From: Prochlorococcus sp. AG-347-N23
Lineage (GTDB): Bacteria > Cyanobacteriota > Cyanobacteriia > PCC-6307 > Cyanobiaceae
Assembly (NCBI GenBank): GCA_003281125.1
Contig: QCCW01000003.1
Location: 790 to 64,789 of the forward strand
Reading direction: 5' to 3'
DNA length: 64,000 nucleotides
Shown: in pieces, positions 21,125 through 32,282 of the stretch
Position numbering within the stretch: the first letter of the stretch is position 1
Layout of the letters: the number at the start of each line of letters is the position of its first letter
Made by a program: the position numbers and the translations under genes
Notes under the pieces: model-generated
What the model was told of the DNA's origin: nothing
Databases searched by the model: none
The model's input: only the letters and a program-made list of their open reading frames with translations

Positions 21125-21180
21125 ATTTCTATCAAATTATGTAAGATTAAATTAGCAAAGATTTTTAGTGTTAAAGAATT

Positions 21181-21480
21181 TTGAAATTAAATAAAATGAA
21201 AGATTATTCTTACAGCAATCTATCTAAATCAATATTTTTAGTAATTTTTTTTGTTTCCTTAATTTCGTTACAAAGTAATCTCCTAAAAGCTGAATATTTA
21301 TTTGAAGAATCAGAAATTGATGTTTCAACTAAAACAGATGATAATAATTCAGGAATTCCTACCAATCCATTTGAACTTGTTGAAATGATTAGAAGACAAA
21401 ATAGTATGAATGATGCGACTAATCCTTCTGATGCTATTGACGATGCGTTAAAGTCATTTAATAGTTTGGAGGGAAAATAA
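21181..21480 (+). CDS. Hypothetical exported protein (start may be ATG 21196)
   Basis: Signal-peptide-like hydrophobic stretch followed by TNPFELVEMIRR...ATNPSDAIDDAL. Confidence 0.7.
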   Translation: MKLNKMKDYSYSNLSKSIFLVIFFVSLISLQSNLLKAEYLFEESEIDVSTKTDDNNSGIPTNPFELVEMIRRQNSMNDATNPSDAIDDALKSFNSLEGK

Positions 21481-21520
21481 GCAATTTAATAAGACTATTT
21501 TTTTATTTTAAAATTTTAAT

Positions 21521-22120
21521 ATGTTAAAAAATCCAATACCACCAGTTACTAATAAATTGCAGTACAGAGCAATCGGAATTATTAACGGTAAATTTACTCC
21601 CCATGATAGTGAGCAATTAAATAGAGGCTTTTTAATTGATAATAAAGGCGAAAAAATTGAAACAGTTGTGCTAGGTAAAGCATTATCACTTTTAAAAAAG
21701 CATATTGATTTAAAGAAAAGTTATTACTGGGTAGTTTACCCAAAAAATAAAAATACTCAAAACTTGCATTTACAAGTTTCAGGTATCTGGGATCCTTATC
21801 AACTCAACGAGTTCCCAAATGATTCTTCAAAAACTAACTTCTCCAAATTATTAGAAGAATTAGATTTAAAAGATAATTATTTTTCTATCAGGGGAGAATT
21901 AGTTTTTGTCAATACTCAAAAAAAAGAAATTGTAATTAAATTATGTACTGCTTCAAAACTAAAGAATTTAAAAAATAAAAATTTTAAATTAGTTATAAAA
22001 GGGGAACTTTCTCTTGAACTTCTTAATAGTTTTGTAAGTTTAGATATTAGCAGAGTAGGAAATGTTTTGAAATTAATTAGGTGCGAAGTTATTGAAAAAG
22101 ATCTTTCAAAAAAAAAATAG
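21521..22120 (+). CDS. Conserved cyanobacterial hypothetical protein
   Basis: PIPPVT..LQYRAIG, WVVYP, LHLQ..GIWDP, FSIRGEL motifs. Confidence 0.78.
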   Translation: MLKNPIPPVTNKLQYRAIGIINGKFTPHDSEQLNRGFLIDNKGEKIETVVLGKALSLLKKHIDLKKSYYWVVYPKNKNTQNLHLQVSGIWDPYQLNEFPNDSSKTNFSKLLEELDLKDNYFSIRGELVFVNTQKKEIVIKLCTASKLKNLKNKNFKLVIKGELSLELLNSFVSLDISRVGNVLKLIRCEVIEKDLSKKK

Positions 22121-22172
22121 AATGAAAGGTTGATTTCCACCGTAATTTTACCAGTCAAGAAATCTTTGATTT

Positions 22173-23405
22173 ATGGATGATGTTTTAATTGAATGTTCTC
22201 CTGGCATCTCTGGAGATATGTTGTTAGGAGCTTTTTATGATTTAGGGGTGCCTAAAAAAGTTATTGAACAGCCACTTATTGATCTTGGATTAAAGGATTT
22301 ATATCAACTAGACTTTGAGGAATCAAAAAGTTGTTCAATCCGAGGCATCAAGACAAAGGTTGAGAATATTGTTTGTAGTCCCAGCAAAAGGACTTGGAGA
22401 GGTATTAAGGAACTTATTTTAAATGGCCACTTAGAAGATAAATTAAAAAAAATAATTTATGAAGTATTTGAATCTTTAGCAATTGCGGAAGGAAAAGTTC
22501 ATGGGATTAAATCTGATGATGTTCATTTTCATGAAATTGGAGCTATAGATTCATTGGTGGATATCGTTGGGGTATGTGCTTCATTGAATTACTTAAATCC
22601 AAAGAGGGTTTATTGTAATGAACCAACTTTGGGGAAGGGTTTTGTTCAAACTGAACATGGAAAATTATCTGTACCAACTCCAGCTGTAATAGAGCTAATA
22701 AGACAAAAAAATATTAAGGTTTTATCAAACCGTGACTCAATAGAGGGTGAACTCTCAACACCAACAGGCATTGCTTTACTTGCTAATTTAGTCGACTATC
22801 AAGAACCCCCTTTAAAATTTTCTATTAAAACTTATGGAGTAGGAATTGGTAACCTAAAATTCCCATTCCCTAATTTGGTAAGAGTTTATAAAATTACTTC
22901 ATTTGAGGATTCTTCTATTAACGATAATGAACAAATTAGTCCAAAGTGTGAAGAGATATCTATTCAAGAGGCATGGATTGATGATCAAACACCAGAAGAT
23001 ATATCGAATTTTGTGGAGAAACTTAGAATCGAGGGAGCTTATGACGTTTCATATCAAGCTATCAATATGAAAAAAAATAGAATTGGATTTTCTATTCAAG
23101 CAATCTTGCCCATAGAGAAAAAAGAATTTTTTAGGCGATTATGGTTTGATTATTCCAATACTATTGGAGTTCGTGAGAGGACTCAGTCAAGGTGGACATT
23201 ACTTAGACGCAGAGGAGAATGTTCAACGATTTTTGGAAATATAAAAGTTAAACAAACTTTGAAACCAGACGGATCAATAATTATGAAACCAGAAAATGAT
23301 GAGGTTTTAAGATTAAATTTAGAGCATAAAATATCAACTTACGAAATAAGAAAAATAATAAAAGAATCAAGTAAAAAATTTAAAGCATTTGAAAACTGGA
23401 AATGA
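22173..23405 (+). CDS. larC: Nickel pincer cofactor biosynthesis protein LarC (DUF111)
   Basis: GISGDMLLGA, AEGKVHG..VHFHEIGAIDS..DIVG, HG.L.VP.PA, EL.TPTG, MKKNR.G. Confidence 0.9.
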   Translation: MDDVLIECSPGISGDMLLGAFYDLGVPKKVIEQPLIDLGLKDLYQLDFEESKSCSIRGIKTKVENIVCSPSKRTWRGIKELILNGHLEDKLKKIIYEVFESLAIAEGKVHGIKSDDVHFHEIGAIDSLVDIVGVCASLNYLNPKRVYCNEPTLGKGFVQTEHGKLSVPTPAVIELIRQKNIKVLSNRDSIEGELSTPTGIALLANLVDYQEPPLKFSIKTYGVGIGNLKFPFPNLVRVYKITSFEDSSINDNEQISPKCEEISIQEAWIDDQTPEDISNFVEKLRIEGAYDVSYQAINMKKNRIGFSIQAILPIEKKEFFRRLWFDYSNTIGVRERTQSRWTLLRRRGECSTIFGNIKVKQTLKPDGSIIMKPENDEVLRLNLEHKISTYEIRKIIKESSKKFKAFENWK

Positions 23406-24358
23406 GATTTAATATAAGTAATCAAACACATTCGAAATTCATTAAAAAAATTAATTTTGGAAATTTAAAGAATATTTTCTTTATTTCAAGCTTATTATAT
23501 TTTTGCATCTATTATTTTGATAATATTGATCAAATTTCTTTTGATATCAATTTAGAAAGTAATGGAATTAATCTATTTTTATCATTTTTATTTTGTGTTT
23601 TAAGTATTTACTTGAACGCTTATGCATGGAAATATATTGTTAAATGGTTCGGAAAAGAATTTAAAAGTAATAATTTAGTTTCCTTCTATGTTTTAACCAA
23701 TATTCTTAAATATGTTCCAGGAGGGGTTTGGCATTTTGTTGAAAGATTTAATTTTATAAAAAAAATAAGTAATCCACAGATTGCTTTATATTCGACGCTT
23801 ATAGAACCTTATTTTATGTTGAGCGGATCTTTTCTCTTGGCATCAATGGGATTGATTTTTTCACCACTTTATTTTTTTTTAATTTTTCCTTTATTCTTCT
23901 TAAATAGAAAATTTATTTTTTTGATATTAAAAATATTAGGGTCTCTTAAGGGGAAAGTATTTGAGGTTTTGAGACTTCCAAATTCAAAGGGCCAATTTGA
24001 AGAGAGAATAAATATAGTTTCTTTTTTCCCTTCTAGAGCTTTATTTCTTGAAATTGGTTTCGTTTTATCAAAATTTATTGGGTTTTATATTTGCTTAAAT
24101 ACTTTTTATACAAGTAATACCCTGAACATCATATTTTTATTAGTAATTTTTTCTTTGTCATGGTGCATAGGCTTGGTAGTCCCAGCAGCTCCAGGAGGAG
24201 TTGGCGTTTTTGAGGCTTGCCTCCTTTTATTTGTTGGCAAAAGTATTCCAGAAAATATAATTCTTATAAGTTTAGTTTATTTTAGGGTTATATCCACATC
24301 GGCAGATTTGTTGTTAAGCTTACCTTTCTTAATAAGAAAAGTGTCTAAAAGAATTTAG
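23402..24358 (+). CDS. Lysylphosphatidylglycerol synthase TM / flippase-like (UPF0104) membrane protein
   Basis: KYVPGGVW, PAAPGGVGVFE; multiple TM helices. Confidence 0.8.
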   Translation: MRFNISNQTHSKFIKKINFGNLKNIFFISSLLYFCIYYFDNIDQISFDINLESNGINLFLSFLFCVLSIYLNAYAWKYIVKWFGKEFKSNNLVSFYVLTNILKYVPGGVWHFVERFNFIKKISNPQIALYSTLIEPYFMLSGSFLLASMGLIFSPLYFFLIFPLFFLNRKFIFLILKILGSLKGKVFEVLRLPNSKGQFEERINIVSFFPSRALFLEIGFVLSKFIGFYICLNTFYTSNTLNIIFLLVIFSLSWCIGLVVPAAPGGVGVFEACLLLFVGKSIPENIILISLVYFRVISTSADLLLSLPFLIRKVSKRI

Positions 24359-25893
24359 TGTTTTTTCTCTAAACTTGGTATCAATGTCATTGATGCAATA
24401 AGGCCAAAAGTCATGATAAGAACGGCTGGTAATATTGCTTCTACCATTCTTTCATCTCCAGCATATTGATATATTCTTACAGATAATGTATCGAAATCGA
24501 ATGGTCTTAAAATAAAGGTAATGGGTAATTCTTTTATCGTGTCAACAAAAACTAAAAGTGATCCTACGAATATTGGTCCTTGGAGAAGAGGTAGATGAAT
24601 TCTTTTGATGATCCCCAGCCAATTCTCTCCTAGTCCAAGTGCTGCTTCATCAAGACTAGGAGAAATTCTCTCAAGACTTGAATCAATAGAAGCCTTTGAG
24701 ATAGTTAGAAATCGGACAAGATAACCCCAAATTAGTAAGCAAATAGCAATAAAATTAAATTTTGATGAAGAAATGCTTATTAAAGATAAAGCTAATACAG
24801 TTCCTGGGATTGCGTAACCTATTCCCGCAAGATTTGTGATTAGTTCTAGTAAAAAGCTTTTATTTGCTCGTCTGACTAAAGAAATTATTAAGGAGAATAG
24901 CATCGCTATTAATGCAGTTAAAAGTCCTAGACTTATTGTCCTTAATGATAGGCTAAGTAATTCTATAGATAACCCTTTTTGAATTAGATCTATATTGAGT
25001 AGAACCCAAAAACATGGAATCCCAAAAGAGAAAGTTGGAGGAAATAAAGATATGATTATTGCTAATAAAGCTCTAGATTTGTTTAATACCCATCCTTGAG
25101 AATCTTTTGATGCAGGATTTTCACTCCACCTCTTTGATTTTTTTCTTGATAACTTTTCGAAAATAATTAAAGTGAAAATCATTAATAAGGCTACTAAAGA
25201 TAATCCAATAGCACTTTTTGGATTACCCTCAATTATCCAATTTTCAGCTATACCAGTAGAAATACTTGGTATGTTTAATAATGCAAATGTACCTAACTCA
25301 TTCATTACTTCCATACACATTAAACTTATTCCTGTTATTAGTGCTGGTAACGCCATTGGGAAAGCGATTTTAAAGAAGCTGTTCCAAGGCCCTACTCCTA
25401 ATCCTCTACTAGCATTGATTTGATTAACTCCAAATTTATTAAAACTTTCGTTAGCAAGAATGAATACATATGGATAAGTAGAAATTGAAAGTATTAATAC
25501 TCCCCACCATAAACCAGTTACTTGATACCCAAAAATACTTCCTAAATCCTGCAAAATAGCTGTTATTAGATATGCTGGGGCAGCTAGTGGAACTAGCTGA
25601 CAAATACGGAGAACTTTTCTGAACTTAAAATCACAATTTGAAAGTAACCATCCATTCAAAGTTCCTAACCCGCCGCCAAAAAAACTTGTCAATATTAGAA
25701 CTTTTAAAGTGCCTAATACCTCTTCTCCTCCAGCAATACCTAATGAAAAATTTCCACTAATAATGTAACCAATTCCCTCAAGAAGAAAATTGGAAATTGG
25801 AATGATTACTAAGAGTGAAACAATAAACGAAGTGAAATAAAGAAGATTTAATTCTGTTAATGTTTTTTTAAACCCTTTAATGCGTATTTTCAA
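24355..25893 (-). CDS. futB: Fe(III) ABC transporter permease
   Basis: Two permease halves; PLAAPAY, YPYV, GYAIPGTVLA, EAA motif LDEAALGLG, KELP.T..LRPF. Confidence 0.88.
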   Translation of the reverse strand: MKIRIKGFKKTLTELNLLYFTSFIVSLLVIIPISNFLLEGIGYIISGNFSLGIAGGEEVLGTLKVLILTSFFGGGLGTLNGWLLSNCDFKFRKVLRICQLVPLAAPAYLITAILQDLGSIFGYQVTGLWWGVLILSISTYPYVFILANESFNKFGVNQINASRGLGVGPWNSFFKIAFPMALPALITGISLMCMEVMNELGTFALLNIPSISTGIAENWIIEGNPKSAIGLSLVALLMIFTLIIFEKLSRKKSKRWSENPASKDSQGWVLNKSRALLAIIISLFPPTFSFGIPCFWVLLNIDLIQKGLSIELLSLSLRTISLGLLTALIAMLFSLIISLVRRANKSFLLELITNLAGIGYAIPGTVLALSLISISSSKFNFIAICLLIWGYLVRFLTISKASIDSSLERISPSLDEAALGLGENWLGIIKRIHLPLLQGPIFVGSLLVFVDTIKELPITFILRPFDFDTLSVRIYQYAGDERMVEAILPAVLIMTFGLIASMTLIPSLEKKH

Positions 25894-25919
25894 AAATTAA
25901 TTAAATCCTAATATGAACT

Positions 25920-26966
25920 CTAATCTGAATTAAATCTACATGATGACAGTTGATTTTTAATAGTTTGGTGATCTAAGTTTTTCCCAATTAATACTATCTT
26001 GTTAGATTTTTCTTTTGTCCATTCCTCATCATCTAGAGAAAACCGCTTTCCAGATAGGTGAAAAATGTGTTTTCTTTCACTTTCCATAAACCATAATATT
26101 CCTTTTGCTCTAAATACATTTTGTGAGATTTGATTATCTAAGAAATATTGAAACTTCCTTAAAGAAAATGGTTCAAATGTCTCATATGAAACTGAGGTAA
26201 AACCCTCGATATTATTGATCAAATCGTGAGAATGAGAGGAGTGATCGTGGGAATGAGAGGAGTGATCGTGGGAATGAGAGGAGTGATCGTGGGAATGAGA
26301 AGAGTGATCGTTTGAATTTTGTTCTATATTTTTTTTATTTTTCTCGAATTCAAAAGTATCCGTCTCAAATAGACCCACGCTCATTATTGTATGTAATGCA
26401 ACTTCACTATTAGTTGATCTCAAAATCCTTGGTTCTTTTTTTATTTTATTTATAAACTCCTCTATTTTCTTTAATTGTTTTTCATTTACTAAATCAGATT
26501 TATTTAGAAGAAGGATATCTCCGTATAAAATTTGAGAATAGGCGACACATGTATTATTAATTTCAAAATCAAAATTTTCTCCATCAATGACAGTGATTAT
26601 CGAATCTAATCTTACTTTTTCTCTAAGATCACCAGCCGCAAAAGTCATGGCTACTGGTAATGGATCAGCTAATCCAGTTGTTTCAACAATCAAATAGTCT
26701 AATTTTTCAGCTCTTTCTAAAACTTTGGATACGGTATTTAATAATTCGCCATTGATAGAGCAACATATACATCCATTATTTAATTCGATCATATCTTCTG
26801 AGCCTTCTATTATTAAATCATTATCTATTCCGATTTCTCCAAATTCGTTGACTAAAACAGCTGTTTTAATACCAACTTGATTTTTTAAAATATGATTTAG
26901 AAGTGTAGTTTTGCCAGAACCTAAAAATCCACTAATAATAGTAACTGGCAATAAATTTTTAGACAT
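25920..26966 (-). CDS. CobW/COG0523 family G3E GTPase metallochaperone
   Basis: GFLGSGKTT, NEFGE, GCICC, ETTGLADP, NKSD, His-rich insert, CobW_C domain (RAKG). Confidence 0.93.
   Translation of the reverse strand: MSKNLLPVTIISGFLGSGKTTLLNHILKNQVGIKTAVLVNEFGEIGIDNDLIIEGSEDMIELNNGCICCSINGELLNTVSKVLERAEKLDYLIVETTGLADPLPVAMTFAAGDLREKVRLDSIITVIDGENFDFEINNTCVAYSQILYGDILLLNKSDLVNEKQLKKIEEFINKIKKEPRILRSTNSEVALHTIMSVGLFETDTFEFEKNKKNIEQNSNDHSSHSHDHSSHSHDHSSHSHDHSSHSHDLINNIEGFTSVSYETFEPFSLRKFQYFLDNQISQNVFRAKGILWFMESERKHIFHLSGKRFSLDDEEWTKEKSNKIVLIGKNLDHQTIKNQLSSCRFNSD
26223..26311 (-). repeat. 21-bp tandem repeat (4 copies plus a partial) encoding (HSSHSHD)n
   Basis: Plus-strand units ATCGTG(A/G)GAATGAGA(G/A)GAGTG at 26223, 26244, 26265 and 26286. 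Confidence 0.95.
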
Positions 26967-26995
26967 TTTGAATAGTTTAAAATAAGTTTATATTT

Positions 26996-27286
26996 TTATT
27001 GATTGAAAATTTTGTTGATTTCCGAAGCTAATGTTTGATCCAAATTCGTAATACCTCCTAGATCATGTGTAGTTAATTTAATTATTACTTTTGCATAAAC
27101 ATTCTCCCAGTTAGGATGATGATTATATTTTTCACAGATTAAAGCAACCTTAGTCATAAAAGCAAAGGCTTCAATAAAATTAGCGAAGTTAAATTCTCTT
27201 TGGATTTGTTTAGATTTAATTTCCCAGCCAGGTATTTTGACAACTAATTCATTCAATTCTTCATCATGCAAAATGTAGGGTTCCAT
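26996..27286 (-). CDS. phhB: Pterin-4a-carbinolamine dehydratase
   Basis: [25 protein letters not shown]. Confidence 0.92.
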   Translation of the reverse strand: MEPYILHDEELNELVVKIPGWEIKSKQIQREFNFANFIEAFAFMTKVALICEKYNHHPNWENVYAKVIIKLTTHDLGGITNLDQTLASEINKIFNQ

Positions 27287-27322
27287 TAAATAAGAAATCT
27301 GACTTATTACATTATAAATATC

Positions 27323-27778
27323 TTACTTTTTCTCACCAATTATATGTACATTTATGATTCTTTCCTTTTGATCAAATCGATGTTCCCATAAATAAACTGC
27401 TTGCCATGTGCCAAGCATAATTTTCCCGTTTTGAAAACTCAAAGATAAACAAGTGTTTGTTAGGGATGTTTTAATATGTGCTGGCATATCGTCAGCCCCT
27501 TCTTGATAATGTCTATAGGATATTTCTTCTCTATTTTTTGATAAGGTTAAGTAGGAATCATAGGGAACTATAGATTGCATATACTTTTTTAGGTCCCTCA
27601 GTACATTTGGATCTGCGTTCTCATTAATAGTCAAACTGCAACTTGTATGAAGTGAAGTTAAATTTAAAATTCCGGAATGAAAATTATTTTTTTCAACACA
27701 TAAATTTAAATCATATGTGATATCAACAAAACCCTCGCCATGGGTTATGAATTTTAATTTTGAAAATATTTGTTCCAT
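27323..27778 (-). CDS. YjbQ/UPF0047 family protein
   Basis: HTSCSLTINENADP, DDMPAHIK, LGTWQ..YLWEH. Confidence 0.92.
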   Translation of the reverse strand: MEQIFSKLKFITHGEGFVDITYDLNLCVEKNNFHSGILNLTSLHTSCSLTINENADPNVLRDLKKYMQSIVPYDSYLTLSKNREEISYRHYQEGADDMPAHIKTSLTNTCLSLSFQNGKIMLGTWQAVYLWEHRFDQKERIINVHIIGEKK

Positions 27779-27886
27779 ATAAGTTAAAACTTAATTAATC
27801 AATATCCTATTATGGATAAAGATGAATGTTTTGCTGCAGACATCAAAATTTTTATCTTAAGATAAATTTAATTTCCATTTAAATCT

Positions 27887-29392
27887 TTGGCTGAAACTCA
27901 TTGGAATAAGCTGGGTGCTTACCTTAAAGAAACACAAATATTAGGTTCAATCCAAAATACACTTTATTGGGATCAGAATACTGGAATGCCAAAGAAAGGT
28001 GCTTATTGGAGGTCTGAACAACTTACTTATATTGCAAAAGTATTGCATGAAAGAAATTCTTCCGAGGAATTTTCTAATTTAATACAATTTGCTAAAAATG
28101 AACTAGCAGATATTGAACGAAATTTCGATAATCAACTTTTCATAAAAGATAAAGAAAGAAATATTAGTCTTTTATTGAAGGAATTTAATAGAGAAAGAAA
28201 TTTAGATCCTAAATTAGTTGAGTCTCTAGCAAAGGCAAAATCTAAAGGGTATGAAAGCTGGCAAGAAGCTAAGGAAAAATCAGATTTTAAAATTTTTCTT
28301 CCTTTCTTTGAAGAATTAGTTAAATTGCGGATTGAAGAGGCAAAACAAATATCAGATCAATATTCACCATGGGAAACTTTAGCCCAACCCTTTGAGCCTG
28401 AATTAACTTTAAAGTGGCTGGATAAAATGTTTCAGCCTTTGAAAGAGACTCTCCCAGAGTTGATTAGAGGGGTTAATAAATCTAAGAAATATCACTGGGA
28501 TTTGAGTCCAGAATCTCAACATAATTTATGTTCTCAATTACTTGATGAGTTTGGGAGAGATAAGGATCTAGTCGTTGTTGGTAAATCTCCCCATCCTTTT
28601 TCTATTACATTAGGGCCTAATGATTACAGGATTACGACAAGAATTGTTGAAGGTGAACCATTATCAAGTTTTTTAGCAACTGCGCATGAGTGGGGGCATT
28701 CTATTTATGAGCAGGGTTTGCCATCTCAAAGTCATCAATGGTTTGCTTGGCCTTTAGGTCAAGCAACCTCTATGGGTATTCATGAAAGTCAATCTTTATT
28801 TTGGGAAAATAGAATAGTTAAATCCCACTCTTTTTCAAAAAGATTTTTTAACAAATTTGTTTCGTCTGGATGTTCTCTTAATAATTATTTAGAACTATGG
28901 AAGTCTATTAATCATTTGGAAGCAGGATTAAATAGGGTTGAAGCGGATGAATTGACTTATGGCTTACATATATTAATAAGAACCGAACTTGAAATAGATT
29001 TAATTGAAAGAGGGTTACCTGCTGAAGATATTCCAACAGAATGGAATAAAAGATATGATGAACTCCTAGGAATTAAACCATCTAATGATTCAGAAGGTTG
29101 TCTTCAAGATGTTCATTGGAGTGAAGGGGCGTTTGGATATTTCCCCTCATATTTGTTAGGACATGTTATAAGTGCGCAAATATCTTCTCAAATGGAAAGA
29201 GACATAGGTTTGATTGATAATTTAATTGAAAATGGTGAATATCAAAAGATCATCTTTTGGTTAAAAAATAATATACATGAATATGGCAGATCAGTTAATT
29301 GTATGGAGTTGGTAAGAGCTGTAACTAATGAAGAACTATCGCCAAAATATTTTATTAATCATTTAAGGTCTAAAATAAATGATTTTTGCTGA
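27887..29392 (+). CDS. Carboxypeptidase M32 (Taq-type)
   Basis: HPF, RITTR, HEWGH (HExxH), HESQS, RVEADE, GCLQDVHW, GYFPSY. Confidence 0.95.
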   Translation: MAETHWNKLGAYLKETQILGSIQNTLYWDQNTGMPKKGAYWRSEQLTYIAKVLHERNSSEEFSNLIQFAKNELADIERNFDNQLFIKDKERNISLLLKEFNRERNLDPKLVESLAKAKSKGYESWQEAKEKSDFKIFLPFFEELVKLRIEEAKQISDQYSPWETLAQPFEPELTLKWLDKMFQPLKETLPELIRGVNKSKKYHWDLSPESQHNLCSQLLDEFGRDKDLVVVGKSPHPFSITLGPNDYRITTRIVEGEPLSSFLATAHEWGHSIYEQGLPSQSHQWFAWPLGQATSMGIHESQSLFWENRIVKSHSFSKRFFNKFVSSGCSLNNYLELWKSINHLEAGLNRVEADELTYGLHILIRTELEIDLIERGLPAEDIPTEWNKRYDELLGIKPSNDSEGCLQDVHWSEGAFGYFPSYLLGHVISAQISSQMERDIGLIDNLIENGEYQKIIFWLKNNIHEYGRSVNCMELVRAVTNEELSPKYFINHLRSKINDFC

Positions 29393-29455
29393 AACATTAC
29401 TTTTAAAGAATTTGGTTAGGTGTGAGGATGTAAGATAAATAAAAATAATTTCTTG

Positions 29456-30043
29456 ATGGCAAATCTAAATCAGCCCCCAAGCAGGGTTACCCCCAATTTA
29501 TTGCACATACTAAATGCTTTCACTGATAGCTCAAATAAAATAATAAACACTATTGTTGAATTGAACTCTAATACCATAAATAAATATGAATTAATTACAG
29601 AAACGGGCCATCTTAAACTTGATAGGGTAGGTTATTCATCACTGGCGTATCCTTTTGCTTATGGATGTATTCCAAGGACATGGGATGAAGATGGAGATCC
29701 ACTTGATGTAGAAATTGTTGGAGTAACTGAGCCATTGATACCCGGATCTATTGTAGAAGCAAGGATTATTGGGGTGATGAAATTTGATGATGGTGGAGAG
29801 GTCGATGATAAGGTAATAGCGGTTCTCTCGGATGATAAAAGAATGGATCATATCTCAAGTTATGAAGACCTTGGAGATCATTGGTTAAAAGAAACAAAGT
29901 ATTATTGGGAGCACTACAAAGATCTAAAAAAACCAGGAACATGTACTGTAAATGGTTTTTTTGGGATAGAAGAAGCTGTTAAAGTGATTAAAGATTGTGA
30001 AGAGAGATACAAAAAAGAAATTGATCCTAAATTAGTAAATTAA
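29456..30043 (+). CDS. ppa: Inorganic pyrophosphatase (family I), canonical motifs
   Basis: KYE, LDR, YG.IP.T, DGDPLDV, DDKVIAV, YK. Confidence 0.93.
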   Translation: MANLNQPPSRVTPNLLHILNAFTDSSNKIINTIVELNSNTINKYELITETGHLKLDRVGYSSLAYPFAYGCIPRTWDEDGDPLDVEIVGVTEPLIPGSIVEARIIGVMKFDDGGEVDDKVIAVLSDDKRMDHISSYEDLGDHWLKETKYYWEHYKDLKKPGTCTVNGFFGIEEAVKVIKDCEERYKKEIDPKLVN

Positions 30044-30049
30044 CAAATT

Positions 30050-31000
30050 TTATTTTTCTCTAAATTTTTCAAATATTTCGCTTAGTATTTCTTCGGCACC
30101 TTGCTGCTTTAATTTTTTAGCTAGTTCTTTGCCTACTTCTTCGGGATCATTAATATTGCCAATATATTGATCTTTAATAAGCCTTTCTCCATCAAGAGAT
30201 GAAACCATACCAGTAAGGCAAAGTTGTTCATTCTGAATTTTACTATTCACACCTATTGGGACTTGGCATCCACCTTCAAGCTCTCTTAAAAAAGCCCTTT
30301 CTGATAGACATCTTTGACTGGTGGGTTTATCTTCTAAGATATTTATAATTTCCAAAACTTTTTTATCATCAGATTTACATTCAATGCCTAGTGCTCCTTG
30401 GCCCACGGCATGAAGGGAAATTTCACTAGGGATAATCTGGTGAATTCTTGATTCAAAACCTAATCGCTTTAAACCAGCGGCAGCAAGAATTATACAATCA
30501 AATTCTCCTAAATCTAATTTTTCAATTCTTGTAATAACATTTCCTCTGATATCTTTGAAAACAAGATGTGGGTACTTATTTCTTAATTGAGCAAGTCTTC
30601 TTAGAGAGCTTGTTCCAACAATCGAACCTTCAGGTAAGGTTTCTAGTTTATAACAGTCATTTTTTTTGTTTACTACTAAAGCATCTGCAGGATCCTCCCT
30701 TTTTGTAATGCATCCTAATTTAAGGCCATTAGGCAAATTGGTTGGTAAATCTTTCAGAGAATGTACAGCTATATCTGCATGGCCTACGAGCATTTGTGCT
30801 TCAAGTTCTTTTGTAAATAAGCCTTTGTCGCCTATTTTTGCTAAGGCTACATCAAGAATTTTGTCACCTTGAGTTGCCATAGCTTCTATAGATACCTCTA
30901 AATTGGGAATATTCCTTTCTAGTTGATCTTTAACCCATAAAGTTTGAACCATTGCTAGCTTACTTCTTCTACTAGCTATTTTTATCTTAAAATTAGTCAT
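30050..31000 (-). CDS. hemC: Hydroxymethylbilane synthase
   Basis: [45 protein letters not shown]. Confidence 0.97.
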   Translation of the reverse strand: MTNFKIKIASRRSKLAMVQTLWVKDQLERNIPNLEVSIEAMATQGDKILDVALAKIGDKGLFTKELEAQMLVGHADIAVHSLKDLPTNLPNGLKLGCITKREDPADALVVNKKNDCYKLETLPEGSIVGTSSLRRLAQLRNKYPHLVFKDIRGNVITRIEKLDLGEFDCIILAAAGLKRLGFESRIHQIIPSEISLHAVGQGALGIECKSDDKKVLEIINILEDKPTSQRCLSERAFLRELEGGCQVPIGVNSKIQNEQLCLTGMVSSLDGERLIKDQYIGNINDPEEVGKELAKKLKQQGAEEILSEIFEKFREK

Positions 31001-31097
31001 TAAATATTATTTTGAGTTTGAATTAAAAATTAAGTCGAATCTATCTTAAGCTATTATTTTGCCAGTTTTTAAAGCTGAATATTATATTTAACTTTTA

Positions 31098-32282
31098 TTA
31101 TTTTATATATTCTTTTAAAACCCCATTTCGATTTGGATGTCTAAGTTTTCTTAGGGCTTTTGCCTCTATTTGTCTAATTCTTTCCCTCGTCACATCAAAA
31201 ATCTGGCCAATTTCTTCAAGAGTTTTCATTCTTCCATCATCAATTCCATATCTCAATCTGAGAACATCTCTTTCTCTTGGACTAAGAGTGGCTAATACTC
31301 CTTCCAAATCTTCTCTTAGTAAAGTTTTAGAAACATCTTGCTCTGGATTTTCTATATCAGCCTCTATAAAGTCTCCTAGTCTTGAGTCTTCTTCTTTCCC
31401 TATTGGAGTTTCTAGGGAAATAGGAAGTTGCGCACTTTTAGCTATAAATCTTAATTTTTCGATTGTCATTTCCATACTCTCAGCGATTTCTTCTTCACTA
31501 GGTTTCCTGCCAAATTCTTGGCTCAGAACTTTTGTGGTTTTTTTAATTCTGGATATTGTCTCGTATAAGTGAACTGGTAATCTAATAGTTCTACTTTGAT
31601 CTGCAATTGCTCTTGTAATGGCTTGGCGAATCCACCAAGTTGCATATGTAGAGAACTTATAACCTTTTTCATGGTCGAATTTTTCCGCTGCCCTAATTAA
31701 ACCCAAACTTCCTTCTTGGATTAAATCTTGAAATGATAAACCTCTGTTCATATATTTTTTAGCAATGGAAACAACTAATCTTAAATTTGATTGAACCATT
31801 TTTTCTTTAGCTCTGCGCCCTAAGAGAAGTCTTCTTCTAAATTTAGGAAGAGGCATATCTATTAACTCGGCCCATTCTCTTACAGATGGGAAATGCCCTT
31901 TTTCTGACTCATATTGAGTTGCTAGCTCTTCTAATTGGAGTAAGTCAGCAATTTTTCTTGCAAGCTCAATTTCTTCATCTGGTCTTAAAAGTCTAATTCT
32001 TCCAATTTCTTGGAGATAAACTCTTATTGAATCTTCAGTGTAGATACCTTTTGGCCCAAGCTTTATATTCCCGAGCCCTTTATCTTCTTCTTCAGAATCA
32101 GTAAATTCATTATTGTTATTTTCAATATTGCTTTCGTTTAACTCAGCAGATGTCTGTAAAGTTTGATTATTTTTATTACTATTTTCTTCAACTACTGTTT
32201 CTAAATTTGTATTAATTTTTTTATTGATCTTTTTTTTTGAACTAGGCTTGGAATTCTTTGATTCTGCTGCGACTGGACACAT
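31098..32282 (-). CDS. rpoD: Principal RNA polymerase sigma factor
   Basis: [61 protein letters not shown]. Confidence 0.97.
   Translation of the reverse strand: MCPVAAESKNSKPSSKKKINKKINTNLETVVEENSNKNNQTLQTSAELNESNIENNNNEFTDSEEEDKGLGNIKLGPKGIYTEDSIRVYLQEIGRIRLLRPDEEIELARKIADLLQLEELATQYESEKGHFPSVREWAELIDMPLPKFRRRLLLGRRAKEKMVQSNLRLVVSIAKKYMNRGLSFQDLIQEGSLGLIRAAEKFDHEKGYKFSTYATWWIRQAITRAIADQSRTIRLPVHLYETISRIKKTTKVLSQEFGRKPSEEEIAESMEMTIEKLRFIAKSAQLPISLETPIGKEEDSRLGDFIEADIENPEQDVSKTLLREDLEGVLATLSPRERDVLRLRYGIDDGRMKTLEEIGQIFDVTRERIRQIEAKALRKLRHPNRNGVLKEYIK

Noticed and set aside
26223-26311. Tandem repeat as a possible CRISPR array
   Set aside because: The units are contiguous with no unique spacers, lie in frame inside a CDS, and no cas genes are present.
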